From contig CAVPZX010000002.1 in the NCBI GenBank assembly GCA_963710375.1, positions 160,001-224,000 on the forward strand: 64,000 nucleotides of DNA, read 5' to 3'. Each line of letters begins with the position of its first letter. Positions within the stretch are counted from its first letter, which is position 1. The notes below the pieces were generated by a model. It saw only the letters and a list, made by a program, of their open reading frames with translations, was not told the DNA's origin and made no database searches. The position numbers and the translations under genes were made by a program. Below are positions 11,267-20,517 of this stretch, piece after piece. Origin of the DNA: Nitrospirota bacterium. Its GTDB lineage: Bacteria; Nitrospirota; Thermodesulfovibrionia; Thermodesulfovibrionales; Dissulfurispiraceae.

Positions 11267-12094
11267 TCAGGGAAAGATAAACGTATAGCCACCGCCAACA
11301 GAAATGTTGACCTCATCACCGACCGAGACTGGGATTGCAAAACCGCCAAATCTCAAATCAGGGAGATTGAAGCTGACCACAATGCCGCCACCGATCCCGA
11401 ACGCTCCTTGCAAAGTTGAGACTATAAACGGCCCACCATAATCCTCTGGAGATGAGGTATATAATCCAAGAGCCAAATTGCCAACTGCGCCGAAGGAAGC
11501 CCCTATTGACAAGCCCACCGAGCCATAACGCCTTACATTGGCGATTCTCTGCAACTCAGCAACAAACCCGAGCGCGCCATTCACACTCTCAACTGCCGCG
11601 ACGTTGCCCCCAAATTCCACGGCGAAGGACTTTATCGACTTGCCCATCGCCTGGCTGAGCGGCTCACGAAGTTCGGGAGATGTGGCGATTTGTTTCATAG
11701 CTTCGACGGCCTTTAGGCTCACGCCCTTTTGTGAAGCCTCATTGCGAAGTAGGTCAACCTCATTGCCAAGGTGGGAGAGAACCTGAGGCCACGCCTTTCC
11801 CAGCGACTTGATGATATCGGCATACTCCTGAATCTTTTTCGCTGCCAGAGACTTGAGAACTGCCTCTTGACCTGAATTAACGACACTATGAATTTCGTTT
11901 TTGGCGATGTCGAACTCCTTTTCAGCAGCTTTGACAGCGTAATGGAATGTATTGGACACGAAATGGCCGCCGGATTGAGCAACACTGGAACCCATATGCA
12001 ACATGGTTGTGGCGCCGCTGGTGACAGTTGATGCGACCGTCTCTCCAGCTTTCTTCACTGCATGGTAAATGCTCTTAAACGGATCAAATGCCAT
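11267..12094 (-). CDS. Hypothetical protein with Gly-rich hydrophobic C-terminal region
   Basis: 275-aa ORF, no recognised motif. Confidence 0.6.
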   Translation of the reverse strand: MAFDPFKSIYHAVKKAGETVASTVTSGATTMLHMGSSVAQSGGHFVSNTFHYAVKAAEKEFDIAKNEIHSVVNSGQEAVLKSLAAKKIQEYADIIKSLGKAWPQVLSHLGNEVDLLRNEASQKGVSLKAVEAMKQIATSPELREPLSQAMGKSIKSFAVEFGGNVAAVESVNGALGFVAELQRIANVRRYGSVGLSIGASFGAVGNLALGLYTSSPEDYGGPFIVSTLQGAFGIGGGIVVSFNLPDLRFGGFAIPVSVGDEVNISVGGGYTFIFP

Positions 12095-12127
12095 AATTCT
12101 TCTTTCACTGTATAAAAACTAGGGAAC

Positions 12128-12802
12128 TCAAAACCATACTTTATTTTCCCGGCTTCTCACTTCCAGAGGAGGCATAGTTTCGATCAATTCCGGCCAGACA
12201 GATGAAGCCGGCTTGTCAAAGAAAAACTTTGCGTCGGCTTCGGTTATAAACCAGTCGTTTCTTGAGATTTCGTTTTCGAGCTGCCCGGGAACCCAACCCG
12301 CATAGCCTGCGTATACACGGAATTGTTCATCAGCTCCGGGATTATCGATCATGCGTTTGAGATAGCCTGTATCTGAACTTATGTAAACGTTGTCTAATAG
12401 CTTTAGTGATCCAGCTGGTGGTGTGCCGGACCGCATTATCATAATTAATTTGTTTATTGCAACAGGCCCTCCCATGTAAAGGGGATCATTTCTTTTCAAC
12501 AGACCCTTGATGTCAGGGAACACTTCGGAAAGTCCCACTTTGGTAGGATGGTTGATGATCACACCCATAGCACCAGTCTTATCGTAGGCGATCAGGTAAA
12601 TAACAGAATGCATAAACATAGGGTCACTCATATTTTTACCGGCAACGAGGAAAACACCTTTAGCAAGAGCGGGTCGGGTTGAGCCCGGATACCTGGCGCT
12701 GTGCCCGAATGAAACCGCAATCAGAGAAATCGCGATAACTGCAATAGCGGATATTGCCGATGCTCGCCTGCCCGGGAACGACCTTCCACGATTCATGAGC
12801 AC
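12128..12802 (-). CDS. YqgE/AlgH family protein
   Basis: FMHSVIYL, GAMGVIINHP, YMGGPV, YAGYAGWVPGQLENEI. Confidence 0.9.
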   Translation of the reverse strand: MLMNRGRSFPGRRASAISAIAVIAISLIAVSFGHSARYPGSTRPALAKGVFLVAGKNMSDPMFMHSVIYLIAYDKTGAMGVIINHPTKVGLSEVFPDIKGLLKRNDPLYMGGPVAINKLIMIMRSGTPPAGSLKLLDNVYISSDTGYLKRMIDNPGADEQFRVYAGYAGWVPGQLENEISRNDWFITEADAKFFFDKPASSVWPELIETMPPLEVRSRENKVWF

Positions 12803-12878
12803 ATTATATCAGATATTATGATCAATATTTCTTCCAGCGATATTGAGCTATCTCTGAGAATGGTGTATATATTAAACA

Positions 12879-13601
12879 ATGAGGAGAAAAGAAGATAAAA
12901 CTGGAAAGAAAACGAGAGGCTATATTCTCCTCGAAGGAGGGGCAGAGTTCGGTGGGCGCATGGCCGAGCCTGACAAACGTGCTATCGAGCTGGCAGGCGG
13001 GTTAGATGCTCAGGTCAGTATCATCCCGACCGCTGCCGTTCCCGATAATAATCACCAACGTGCAGGTCAATCCGGGGTCCGTTGGTTTAAAAGTTTGGGT
13101 GCGAAACAAGTAACTTCTTTGCCCCTTATAGATCGCGCTTCAGCTGATGAATTTACTATAGCTAGTGCTTTGCGCCGATCTCGTCTCATTTATCTTCTGG
13201 GTGGTTTCCCTCAATATCTTGCTCAAACGCTGGCAGGCACTCTAAGTTGGCAAGCCATCCTTGAGGCTTACGCTGCAGGAGCGGTGATCGGCGGCAGTAG
13301 TGCCGGGGCCATGATCTTATGCCAGCACTACTACGATCCCGCTACGAGCAGGATTGTGAACGGACTAAACTTAGTTCTCCAAGCGTGCGTCGTTCCTCAT
13401 CATAATACCTTTGGGAAGGGATGGGCATCTTCTTTGTTGCCCTTTATTCCTGACGCTGTGATTATTGGGATTGATGAACAGACCGGACTGATCGATGATA
13501 GTGAGGAACGAGAATGGACTGTTTTTGGTAAAGGCGCAGTAACAATCTACAAGGGGAGAATAACCGCTACTTATCACTCGGGCGAAACGCTTTCCCTCTG
13601 A
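12879..13601 (+). CDS. Peptidase S51 / cyanophycinase-like protein
   Basis: IIPTA, GGSSAGAM nucleophile elbow, PH, GIDEQT. Confidence 0.85.
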   Translation: MRRKEDKTGKKTRGYILLEGGAEFGGRMAEPDKRAIELAGGLDAQVSIIPTAAVPDNNHQRAGQSGVRWFKSLGAKQVTSLPLIDRASADEFTIASALRRSRLIYLLGGFPQYLAQTLAGTLSWQAILEAYAAGAVIGGSSAGAMILCQHYYDPATSRIVNGLNLVLQACVVPHHNTFGKGWASSLLPFIPDAVIIGIDEQTGLIDDSEEREWTVFGKGAVTIYKGRITATYHSGETLSL

Positions 13602-13604
13602 TAT

Positions 13605-13633
13605 TTAGGAAAGTTGGGATGTGTCCCTATTAT
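13605..13633 (+). repeat. 29-bp direct repeat, copy 1
   Basis: TTAGGAAAGTTGGGATGTGTCCCTATTAT; 27/29 identical to 14242-14270. Confidence 0.85.
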
Positions 13634-14146
13634 GTCCCTAGTTTGAGGAGCATGATTCTTTCATAGATATCCTCATCTGTGAATTGAAAGCCGAAATTAC
13701 GATAAAGTTTTATTGCAATTAAGTTGGAGCTCTCCACTGTCAGCCATATCGAATCAAAGGATAGTTCCCGGGCTGTTTGAAGGGTCAATCTCGTCAACTC
13801 TGTCCCGACGCCGAGATTTCTGACGTTTTGGTCAACAAAGATTACGAACTCTCCTGACTTCCCGTTCGGGTCGGGAATGAACGCTGAATGGCCAATCACC
13901 CTGCCATTTCTCCATGCGAGGAAATTCATACCTATATTGCAGAGTCTGTTTAACCCAGTTAGAACAGACTTCAGGATCTTGCGGAGGGAGGCCCTGAGAG
14001 GCCGGTTTGGGTGAAAAAATGTTGTACATCTCCAGAAGAGCAGAAAAGTGTTCGGTACTGCAGGGACACATTTCAAAAGCGACCCCGGATTTGTCGGTTT
14101 TGATGATGTGCTTATCCGGGTTACGAATCATGAGCGCCTGCGGCAT
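13630..14146 (-). pseudogene. GNAT N-acetyltransferase split by a +1 frameshift (possibly sequencing error)
   Basis: N-half SQGLPP...WVKQ in one frame, C-half EFVIFVDQNVRNLGVGTEL...NLIAIKLYRNFGF in another; deleting one base near 13945 joins them. Confidence 0.8.
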
Positions 14147-14201
14147 ATTTCTTCAGCAGTGCGAGATACTGCTTTCGGTCATCTCGTCCGATCCTAGGCA
14201 T
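14121..14201 (-). pseudogene. Remnant of RAYT/Y1 transposase 5' end
   Basis: Reads MPRIGR-DDRKQYLALLKKYA; preceded by TTGACA-N18-TAGAAT-N5-ATG, same layout as the intact Y1 gene at 60386. Confidence 0.55.
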
Positions 14202-14241
14202 GGAGGATTCTATCGACTACCGCACCTGTGTGTCAAGAATA

Positions 14242-14270
14242 TTAGGAAAATTGGGATGTGTCTCTATTAT
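14242..14270 (+). repeat. 29-bp direct repeat, copy 2
   Basis: TTAGGAAAATTGGGATGTGTCTCTATTAT. Confidence 0.85.
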
Positions 14271-14361
14271 TTTTATTTTAATTGGCAACTATAAGGAGTA
14301 TATACTAAAAGCAGAAGTAAATTGACCCCGGATGATATCAAAGAGGGGATGAAAATTTCGG

Positions 14362-14868
14362 ATGAAATCCAATGTGACCATTATAGGCATGCCTGGCGCC
14401 GGGAAGAGCACCACCGGAATAATTCTGGCAAAATACTTGTCCTTCGGTTTTCTGGACACGGACGTTCTGATCCAAGTCAACCGCAAAAAATCTCTTCAGG
14501 AAATAATCGATGAGAGCGGCTACCTGACATTGCGAAAAATTGAAGAGGAGGAAATCCTGAGGATAAATGTTGAAAACCATGTCATCGCAACAGGGGGCAG
14601 CGCGGTTTATAGCTCAAAAGCGATGTCTCATTTCCAGGACATATCAACTATAGTATTTCTGGCTGTAGATTTTGAAACAATCCTTCATAGGATACATAAT
14701 TTCAATACAAGGGGCATCGTAAAAGCGGAGAATCAAACATTCCGGGATTTGTTTGACGAGCGGCAAGTACTATATGAGAAGTACGCGGATTGGACTATCG
14801 ACTGCAGCAATATGACTCAGGAAGAAGCAGCGGAAATAATATCGAAAAAAATGGCGACAAAAGGATGA
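14362..14868 (+). CDS. aroK: Shikimate kinase family protein
   Basis: [10 protein letters not shown]-loop, [21 protein letters not shown]. Confidence 0.88.
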   Translation: MKSNVTIIGMPGAGKSTTGIILAKYLSFGFLDTDVLIQVNRKKSLQEIIDESGYLTLRKIEEEEILRINVENHVIATGGSAVYSSKAMSHFQDISTIVFLAVDFETILHRIHNFNTRGIVKAENQTFRDLFDERQVLYEKYADWTIDCSNMTQEEAAEIISKKMATKG

Positions 14869-15005
14869 TCTGCACGAAACACGGTGTAATTACGGTCGCC
14901 ATGGGCCATTGGCTTTTTCATCACGACAGCCGCAGCGGCCGCTGCTTCTGTTTCTTCCTCGTTGACCTCGACGAAAGCCTTGTGTATGATTTTCGAGATC
15001 CAAAG
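14859..15005 (-). pseudogene. Serpin C-terminal fragment (hinge and reactive-centre loop)
   Basis: Hand translation [49 protein letters not shown]; no in-frame start upstream. Confidence 0.8.
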
Positions 15006-15029
15006 AGATCCTTTCCGCCTTCTCTCCCT

Positions 15030-15539
15030 TTACTGTCTAAACCCAATCGGTTTTTTACTCGGCGTTTCCGGAGGAGCCATGAGTTTGCGGATAGCGCTGA
15101 AGATCGCCCTTATCTCATCATCATGCTTTTCAATCCTGTTTTCAAGCAGCGTGAACTTATGAGCAAGTTCCTTGTTTGAGGATAGCATTTCCCGAAGCTT
15201 TACAAAAGTCCGCATTATGGCTATATTCACCTGGATTGCTCTCTCGCTATTCAGCACGCCCGAGAGCATGGCCACCCCCTGTTCTGTAAAAACAAATACA
15301 TTAGGGGCATGCTTTATGCTGGAACTTATCACAATTTGTGATAAGTTCATGATCTCGTCGCGGGTCAGAGCATACATAAAATCTTCTGGAAACCTATCCG
15401 AATTCCTGCGCACAGCCTGATTTAATACACGAGTTTCCACCCCGTATAGTTCTGCCAAATCCCTATCGAGCATGACCTTGTGACCTCGAATCAAATAGAT
15501 TTTTTTCTCGATTATTTCAATGGGAATAAGTTCTTTCAT
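15030..15539 (-). CDS. ORF6N-domain DNA-binding protein
   Basis: IRGHKVMLDRDLAELYGVET, RFPEDF, FTEQGVAMLS, KKPIGF tail. Confidence 0.92.
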   Translation of the reverse strand: MKELIPIEIIEKKIYLIRGHKVMLDRDLAELYGVETRVLNQAVRRNSDRFPEDFMYALTRDEIMNLSQIVISSSIKHAPNVFVFTEQGVAMLSGVLNSERAIQVNIAIMRTFVKLREMLSSNKELAHKFTLLENRIEKHDDEIRAIFSAIRKLMAPPETPSKKPIGFRQ

Positions 15540-15720
15540 TTATCCTCCTCTTCCATTATTTAAAAACCCTGTGAGGAAGTTCATCAAACTAACGGTTTGT
15601 GCTATCACGACCTGAGTCTTCCCTTTCTCGAAAAATCCATCAATAATAAAACGTTAAGCCCGTTAAAGACAAGACCTATTTCCCTTAGTGTCAAGGTAGC
15701 GTGTAAAATAGCACGATCTT

Positions 15721-16446
15721 ATGAACTTGCATCGATCGCCGCTCCTGAAACATCTTTTCGCCCTTGCGACATTTGGGGTCGCCATGGGGTTTTTTGAAGC
15801 GGTGGTAGTAGTCTACCTGAGGCAGCTTTTCTATCCCGGGGGTTTTGCATTTCCACTTAGGCCTATGCCGGCCGGTTTTCTTTCGATCGAGTCTCTCAGG
15901 GAGATTGCAACCGTGGTGATGCTAATTGCCGTTAGCATCCTTGCAGGCTCCGGGTTTCTCAGAAGGTTTTCCTTCTTTCTGATAATGTTCGGAGTATGGG
16001 ACATTTTCTATTACGTCTGGCTAAAAGTCCTTGTTAACTGGCCTTCAACCCTTCTCGACTGGGATGTTCTTTTCCTTATTCCCGTGGTATGGGTAGGCCC
16101 TGTTCTGGCGCCGGTGATCTGTTCAGTTACCATGATCGGGTTCGGGGGATATTTCCTGGTCCTTTTAAGCAATGGCTATGCAGTGCGAATGAGGCGCTCT
16201 GAATCGCTCCTTATGGGGATGGGGTCTTTGCTCATCTTCATTGCGTTTGTATGGGACTTTGCTCACATTATTATCAAGGGAGGATTCTATTCACGGTTCT
16301 GGACGCTCGGAACAGACCCTGAATTCCAGAGATGCGTCGCAGCATTTGTTCCATCTTCATTCAAGTGGCCGTTATTCATCATGGGTGAAGTACTCATCGT
16401 CTATGCCCTGGTGTCCTTGGGAAGGAGAGCAAAGGGAATTAATTAA
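15721..16446 (+). CDS. Hypothetical integral membrane protein
   Basis: Multiple TM segments, FGVWDIFYYVWL, DVLFLIPVVWVGPV. Confidence 0.75.
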   Translation: MNLHRSPLLKHLFALATFGVAMGFFEAVVVVYLRQLFYPGGFAFPLRPMPAGFLSIESLREIATVVMLIAVSILAGSGFLRRFSFFLIMFGVWDIFYYVWLKVLVNWPSTLLDWDVLFLIPVVWVGPVLAPVICSVTMIGFGGYFLVLLSNGYAVRMRRSESLLMGMGSLLIFIAFVWDFAHIIIKGGFYSRFWTLGTDPEFQRCVAAFVPSSFKWPLFIMGEVLIVYALVSLGRRAKGIN

Positions 16447-17128
16447 CGATGACTTTCCATGTGCGGCCGGGCCGTTTTTCGACGACGACTCGATGACCGC
16501 CTGGCTTCCAGCGGTAACGTAGATATGAATGATGGCGCACATCGGAGAGTATGGACTGTTTAAAAGCACCGATATTGACACCCTCTGGGTCGCGTGCGGA
16601 GCGGAAGATAAGGCCGTTAACCCCTTGATCATGGAGATAACTCCCGAGCGCATGCGTAAAGGAATAGTCCGTCTTATCAACCAGGGCCGGATACTTCTTT
16701 TCCTTTCCCAAAATATCTATAAGCATTCCCTTGACATGGACTTTAAAAATCCTTCGGTGCGCAACAACTTCAACATAAGTATCGAGTCCATTCTTAATGG
16801 CCGCAAACCGTCTTAGCCATGAATAGACCGTCTCGTGAATGGTGGTAAGCACAGTAGTACTACCGTACCAGACTCCGAAACGAGACCCGTCGCTAAAACG
16901 TGTCAACTGCCTCGCCTCGCCTAATGACACCCCATACTGAAATGGACGAGTGATAATAGGTGATAGGTTCTCCACCTCCGGCTCACTTACAAGGTCCTCG
17001 CCGTACGCCATGTCCATAGCATTAGCGCTGAGGTCATCGAGCAGATTTTCCGACTTTATGATAGTCGGAATATTTCGGAAAGTGTCGTTGTCGAAATGGG
17101 CGACCTTGGCGACAATTTCATCAAACAT
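16439..17128 (-). CDS. RES-domain toxin (NAD+ phosphorylase/ADP-ribosyltransferase-like)
   Basis: RFSDGSRFGVWYG, HETVY, FRSARDPEG (R-E-S); coupled to upstream antitoxin. Confidence 0.85.
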   Translation of the reverse strand: MFDEIVAKVAHFDNDTFRNIPTIIKSENLLDDLSANAMDMAYGEDLVSEPEVENLSPIITRPFQYGVSLGEARQLTRFSDGSRFGVWYGSTTVLTTIHETVYSWLRRFAAIKNGLDTYVEVVAHRRIFKVHVKGMLIDILGKEKKYPALVDKTDYSFTHALGSYLHDQGVNGLIFRSARDPEGVNIGAFKQSILSDVRHHSYLRYRWKPGGHRVVVEKRPGRTWKVIVN

Positions 17129-17538
17129 CAGCGCCCCTTTTCGAAGTCCAGGTACCGTTTAACCATCAGAAGGCCAAGGAAGCCCTCCTCACGTATTACC
17201 TGTGCAGGTGACCGCCCATTGAAATCCAGGTTCGGCAGTGTCATCCACTTATAAACGATCTCGCGATTTTCCGGGAAGAGGATTCTTAGCGATCGATGGA
17301 TGCTTAGTAAAGCCTTTACCCGGTCCATGAGGTCCCTGTTATCGGCGAGTGGTTCTCCCTTTCTGTAGCGATTCAGGGTCATCCTTGAAGTTTCCACGAG
17401 ACCGAGAAGTGCCAGCTGGTCATCAACCGGCAGCTTCCAGTGGTCAAAGAGCGTTATGACCATCTTCGCGAGGGCCGCCCTGCCTTCCCTGCTGCGGGGG
17501 TCCCGCAGCTTTACGTTTGCGTTTGCGACCGCTTTCAT
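17128..17538 (-). CDS. Xre/MbcA/ParS-type antitoxin
   Basis: HTH-like N-half, WMTLPNLDFNGRSP C-terminal motif; stop/start overlap with RES gene. Confidence 0.85.
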   Translation of the reverse strand: MKAVANANVKLRDPRSREGRAALAKMVITLFDHWKLPVDDQLALLGLVETSRMTLNRYRKGEPLADNRDLMDRVKALLSIHRSLRILFPENREIVYKWMTLPNLDFNGRSPAQVIREEGFLGLLMVKRYLDFEKGR

Positions 17539-17559
17539 AATTTATCTCCCAATTGTATC

Positions 17560-17601
17560 AATTGTTATATTAATTGTAACAATTATAAAGGATAATTACA
17601 A
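17560..17601 (-). promoter_or_regulatory. Sigma-70 promoter with overlapping palindrome (likely TA operator)
   Basis: Minus strand TTGTAA-N17-TACAAT; inverted repeat AATTGTTA-N9-TAACAATT at 17560-17584. Confidence 0.55.
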
Positions 17602-17628
17602 CCCAAGTGTTTGCTACCGACAGGGAAA

Positions 17629-18357
17629 TTACTTGGCCTGTACAGATTCTTGCATCAAACTTTCGATCTCGTCGGGTTCAAGCGGCCTGAATTCTCCGGG
17701 CTTCAGATTTCTGAGTTTCACGCCGTTGATGCTCGTTCTCTTAAGCTTGACAACAGGATACCCGACTTTCTCGAGCATCCTTCGAACCTGCCTGTTTCTC
17801 CCCTCATGCATGGATATCTCAATCCATGAGTTGTTCTCGGACCGGTGGGGTATTCTTCTCACTTTCGACGGAGCAGTTTTGCCGTCCTGCAGGCTCACGC
17901 CTATCCGCAGTTTTTCGAGAGCATTGTCATCAATAATTCCTTTTACTTTAGCCAGATATGTCTTATATATCTTTTTGGACGGATGCAGAATTGCTTGAGA
18001 GAAATCACCATCATTCGTTATAAGCAAAAGCCCTTCCGAATCATAATCGAGTCTCCCGACGGGGAACACGCGGTATTTTACGCGCTGCAGGAAATCCTTT
18101 ACCGTAGGCCTGCCCTGAGGATCAGAAAGGGACGTCACCACACCTTTGGGTTTATTAAAGATCAGATAAACCTTCGGCTCAGGCCTGGTCAGAAGTTTGC
18201 CGTCAACCTTTACGTGGTCTCTGGCAGAATCGGCCTTCATACCGATTTCCGCCGTCCTGCCGTTGACAGTCACTCTGCCTTCAGCAATAAGCTCCTCGGC
18301 CTTTCTACGTGAAGCGACACCCATTTGGGCCAGTATCTTCTGAATCCTCTGTTCCAT
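17629..18357 (-). CDS. rluB: 23S rRNA pseudouridine synthase, RluB/RsuA family
   Basis: S4 domain, NKPKG, GRLDYDSEGLLL, EGRNRQVRRM. Confidence 0.9.
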   Translation of the reverse strand: MEQRIQKILAQMGVASRRKAEELIAEGRVTVNGRTAEIGMKADSARDHVKVDGKLLTRPEPKVYLIFNKPKGVVTSLSDPQGRPTVKDFLQRVKYRVFPVGRLDYDSEGLLLITNDGDFSQAILHPSKKIYKTYLAKVKGIIDDNALEKLRIGVSLQDGKTAPSKVRRIPHRSENNSWIEISMHEGRNRQVRRMLEKVGYPVVKLKRTSINGVKLRNLKPGEFRPLEPDEIESLMQESVQAK

Positions 18358-18368
18358 AAATAAAAGAA

Positions 18369-18441
18369 AGGTTTAGGTCGAGGTTAAGGTTGAGAAAAAC
18401 AGATATAATACCTGTCTTAACCTTAACCTCAGCCTTAACCT
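18369..18441. repeat. Inverted array of hexamer tandem repeats (AGGTTA-like / TAACCT-like)
   Basis: AGGTTT AGGTCG AGGTTA AGGTTG ... CTTAAC CTTAAC CTCAGC CTTAAC. Confidence 0.8.
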
Positions 18442-18445
18442 AATG

Positions 18446-19399
18446 TTAAGTCTTGATATCGACGTACGCCTTATCGCGCAATCCCCTTGACCAGTTTTTG
18501 AGTGCATCATAGAATTTTTCACTGAGCAGTTTGTCACGTATCGCGTCGCGTATTTCCTTCTCGGACTTGAATACTCTTGCTTCGTTTACCTTGATAATGT
18601 ATATCCCGTCGCTTCTCCAGAACGGCTCGCTTATATCGCCGGGCTTAATGTTTAAACATACCTTCAAAAATTCCTTGGACATATCACATCGCCGAATAAA
18701 ACCGAGGTCTCCGCCGCCCTGCGCATTAGGGTCATCGGAATACCGCCTGGCAAGTTCTGCAAAGCCCTCGCCGGCTTGCAGTTTTTTATAGATCTCCCAC
18801 GCCTTCTGTTCCAAAAGTTTGTCATCGCCGGTCTTCTTAAGGAGTATGTGGCTTATATCAAAACCCTCCAGGTCTTTTTCGGCATCTTTATGCGCGGCAA
18901 GGTAGGCGTCGATATCTTGTTCAGTTACAAGAATTTTATTCCTGACTTCCTGATCGATCACCCGGCTCACGGTTATCTGCTCCCGGAGTTTCTTCTTATA
19001 TGTTTCAAGAGTCAAACCGTCTTTCTTGATTGTTTCGTTAAACATCTCGTCGGTCATGGAGTATTTGCTTTTTATATTTTTGACAGCGGTCGCCACTTCA
19101 GCATCGGTGGTAGTTATCCCTTGTTTTTCCGCCTCTTGCAATTGCAGTTTCACATCGATCAGGTTCTCCAGAAAAGATGCTTCATTCTGCTTGAAAAAAC
19201 GCCGCCTGTCATCACCATTCATCGACCTTACCTGATCACTTGCGTCAAACTCCATCTCCCGGTACAAATCGCTCCAGGTTATAACGTCTTTGTTCACAAT
19301 AGCCACCACCCGGTCAAGCAATATCGCGCTTTCAGCAACAGATGCAAAACCGGCGATAATTATACATGCGGTCACTAAAACTTTTTTAAACATTATCAT
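18446..19399 (-). CDS. surA: SurA-like parvulin peptidyl-prolyl isomerase/chaperone
   Basis: Signal peptide, DRVVAIVN, SHILL, FAELARRYSDD, GGDLGF; start chosen at GGAGG RBS. Confidence 0.85.
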   Translation of the reverse strand: MIMFKKVLVTACIIIAGFASVAESAILLDRVVAIVNKDVITWSDLYREMEFDASDQVRSMNGDDRRRFFKQNEASFLENLIDVKLQLQEAEKQGITTTDAEVATAVKNIKSKYSMTDEMFNETIKKDGLTLETYKKKLREQITVSRVIDQEVRNKILVTEQDIDAYLAAHKDAEKDLEGFDISHILLKKTGDDKLLEQKAWEIYKKLQAGEGFAELARRYSDDPNAQGGGDLGFIRRCDMSKEFLKVCLNIKPGDISEPFWRSDGIYIIKVNEARVFKSEKEIRDAIRDKLLSEKFYDALKNWSRGLRDKAYVDIKT

Positions 19400-19414
19400 G
19401 CCTCCATTCATAAA

Positions 19415-19493
19415 CAGGTAAAGGTAGAGGTAGAGGGACAAACTTTTACTTTTACTCTTTTGTTGTCTGTACCTCTACCTCTGCCTTTACCTG
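19415..19493. repeat. Inverted array of hexamer tandem repeats (GAGGTA / TACCTC)
   Basis: CAGGTA AAGGTA GAGGTA GAGGGA ... TACCTC TACCTC TGCCTT TACCTG. Confidence 0.8.
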
Positions 19494-19505
19494 AGCCTTT
19501 ATATT

Positions 19506-20516
19506 TTAGCATATTCTCGGCAGATGCTCCCCGGTAAGCATATCTATAATACGTGTCCCCCCAATGGTTGTTTTGAGGAGCACCCGGCCGTGATCGCGGC
19601 TTTCAGCGCAGCAGATTTCACCGATTACCGATGATCCTGAGCCAAGCGGGTGTTCTTTCATTTTCTCAATAAGCAGCCCGGAGTCTTCGGGCCGAGCTAT
19701 GACAATAAGTATCCCTTCGTTTGCGACATAAAGAGGATCAAGCCCCAACAGCTCACAGGCGCCCCTTACCCCTTCCGGCACAGGCAGGGATTGCTCGTTT
19801 ATGGATATACAATACGGCAATTCCATTGCGATTTCTTTCAGGGTCGTTGCAACTCCGCCCCTTGTCGGATCCCTCATCATGCATATGGAACCCGATACGC
19901 CAAACATCTCTTCAACAAGACCGTTCAGTGCCGCGGTATCGCTTATCACCGGCGGATCAAATGCAAGCCCGTTCCGCTCAGCCATAACCGCAATGCCGTG
20001 GTTTCCAATGGGGCCGCTGACAATCACCTTATCTCCCTCTCTGATACGGTGCGGGCCAAGCTCCCTGCCTGGAGGGACAATACCGATCCCTGATGTATTG
20101 ATAAATAGCCCATCGCCCTTGCCTTTATCAACAACCTTAGTATCGCCGGCAACAATACGGACACCGGCCTTTTCAGCTGCCTTTGCCATTGATACGATGA
20201 CGCGCCTCAAATCATCGACAGCAAAACCCTCTTCGATAATAAAACCTGTGGTGATATAGAGGGGTTTTGATCCTACCATCGAGAGATCATTCACAGTCCC
20301 GTTGATTGCAAGTTCTCCTATATTGCCTCCGGGGAAAAACAACGGAGACACAACATAGGAATCTGTTGTAAAAGCAAGCCGCTGTCCGCTGAAGCCATAT
20401 TCAACAACCGCTGCGTCAGCCAGCGCGCCAAGGTGAAATTCAGGCGCAAAAAACTCACTGATCAACTGATGCATAAGTTTCCCGCCGCTTCCGTGTCCGA
20501 GGAGAATGCGTTCCAT
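19506..20516 (-). CDS. hypE: Hydrogenase maturation carbamoyl dehydratase HypE
   Basis: GHGSGG, FTTDSYVV, RDPTRGG, ANEG, C-terminal LPRIC. Confidence 0.97.
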   Translation of the reverse strand: MERILLGHGSGGKLMHQLISEFFAPEFHLGALADAAVVEYGFSGQRLAFTTDSYVVSPLFFPGGNIGELAINGTVNDLSMVGSKPLYITTGFIIEEGFAVDDLRRVIVSMAKAAEKAGVRIVAGDTKVVDKGKGDGLFINTSGIGIVPPGRELGPHRIREGDKVIVSGPIGNHGIAVMAERNGLAFDPPVISDTAALNGLVEEMFGVSGSICMMRDPTRGGVATTLKEIAMELPYCISINEQSLPVPEGVRGACELLGLDPLYVANEGILIVIARPEDSGLLIEKMKEHPLGSGSSVIGEICCAESRDHGRVLLKTTIGGTRIIDMLTGEHLPRIC

Positions 20517-20517
20517 C

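Noticed and set aside
15588..15684. Possible attC or degenerate transposon end (CTAAC...GTTAAG) upstream of ORF6N
   Set aside because: No convincing internal pairing, wrong position relative to the genes, and no integrase in the window
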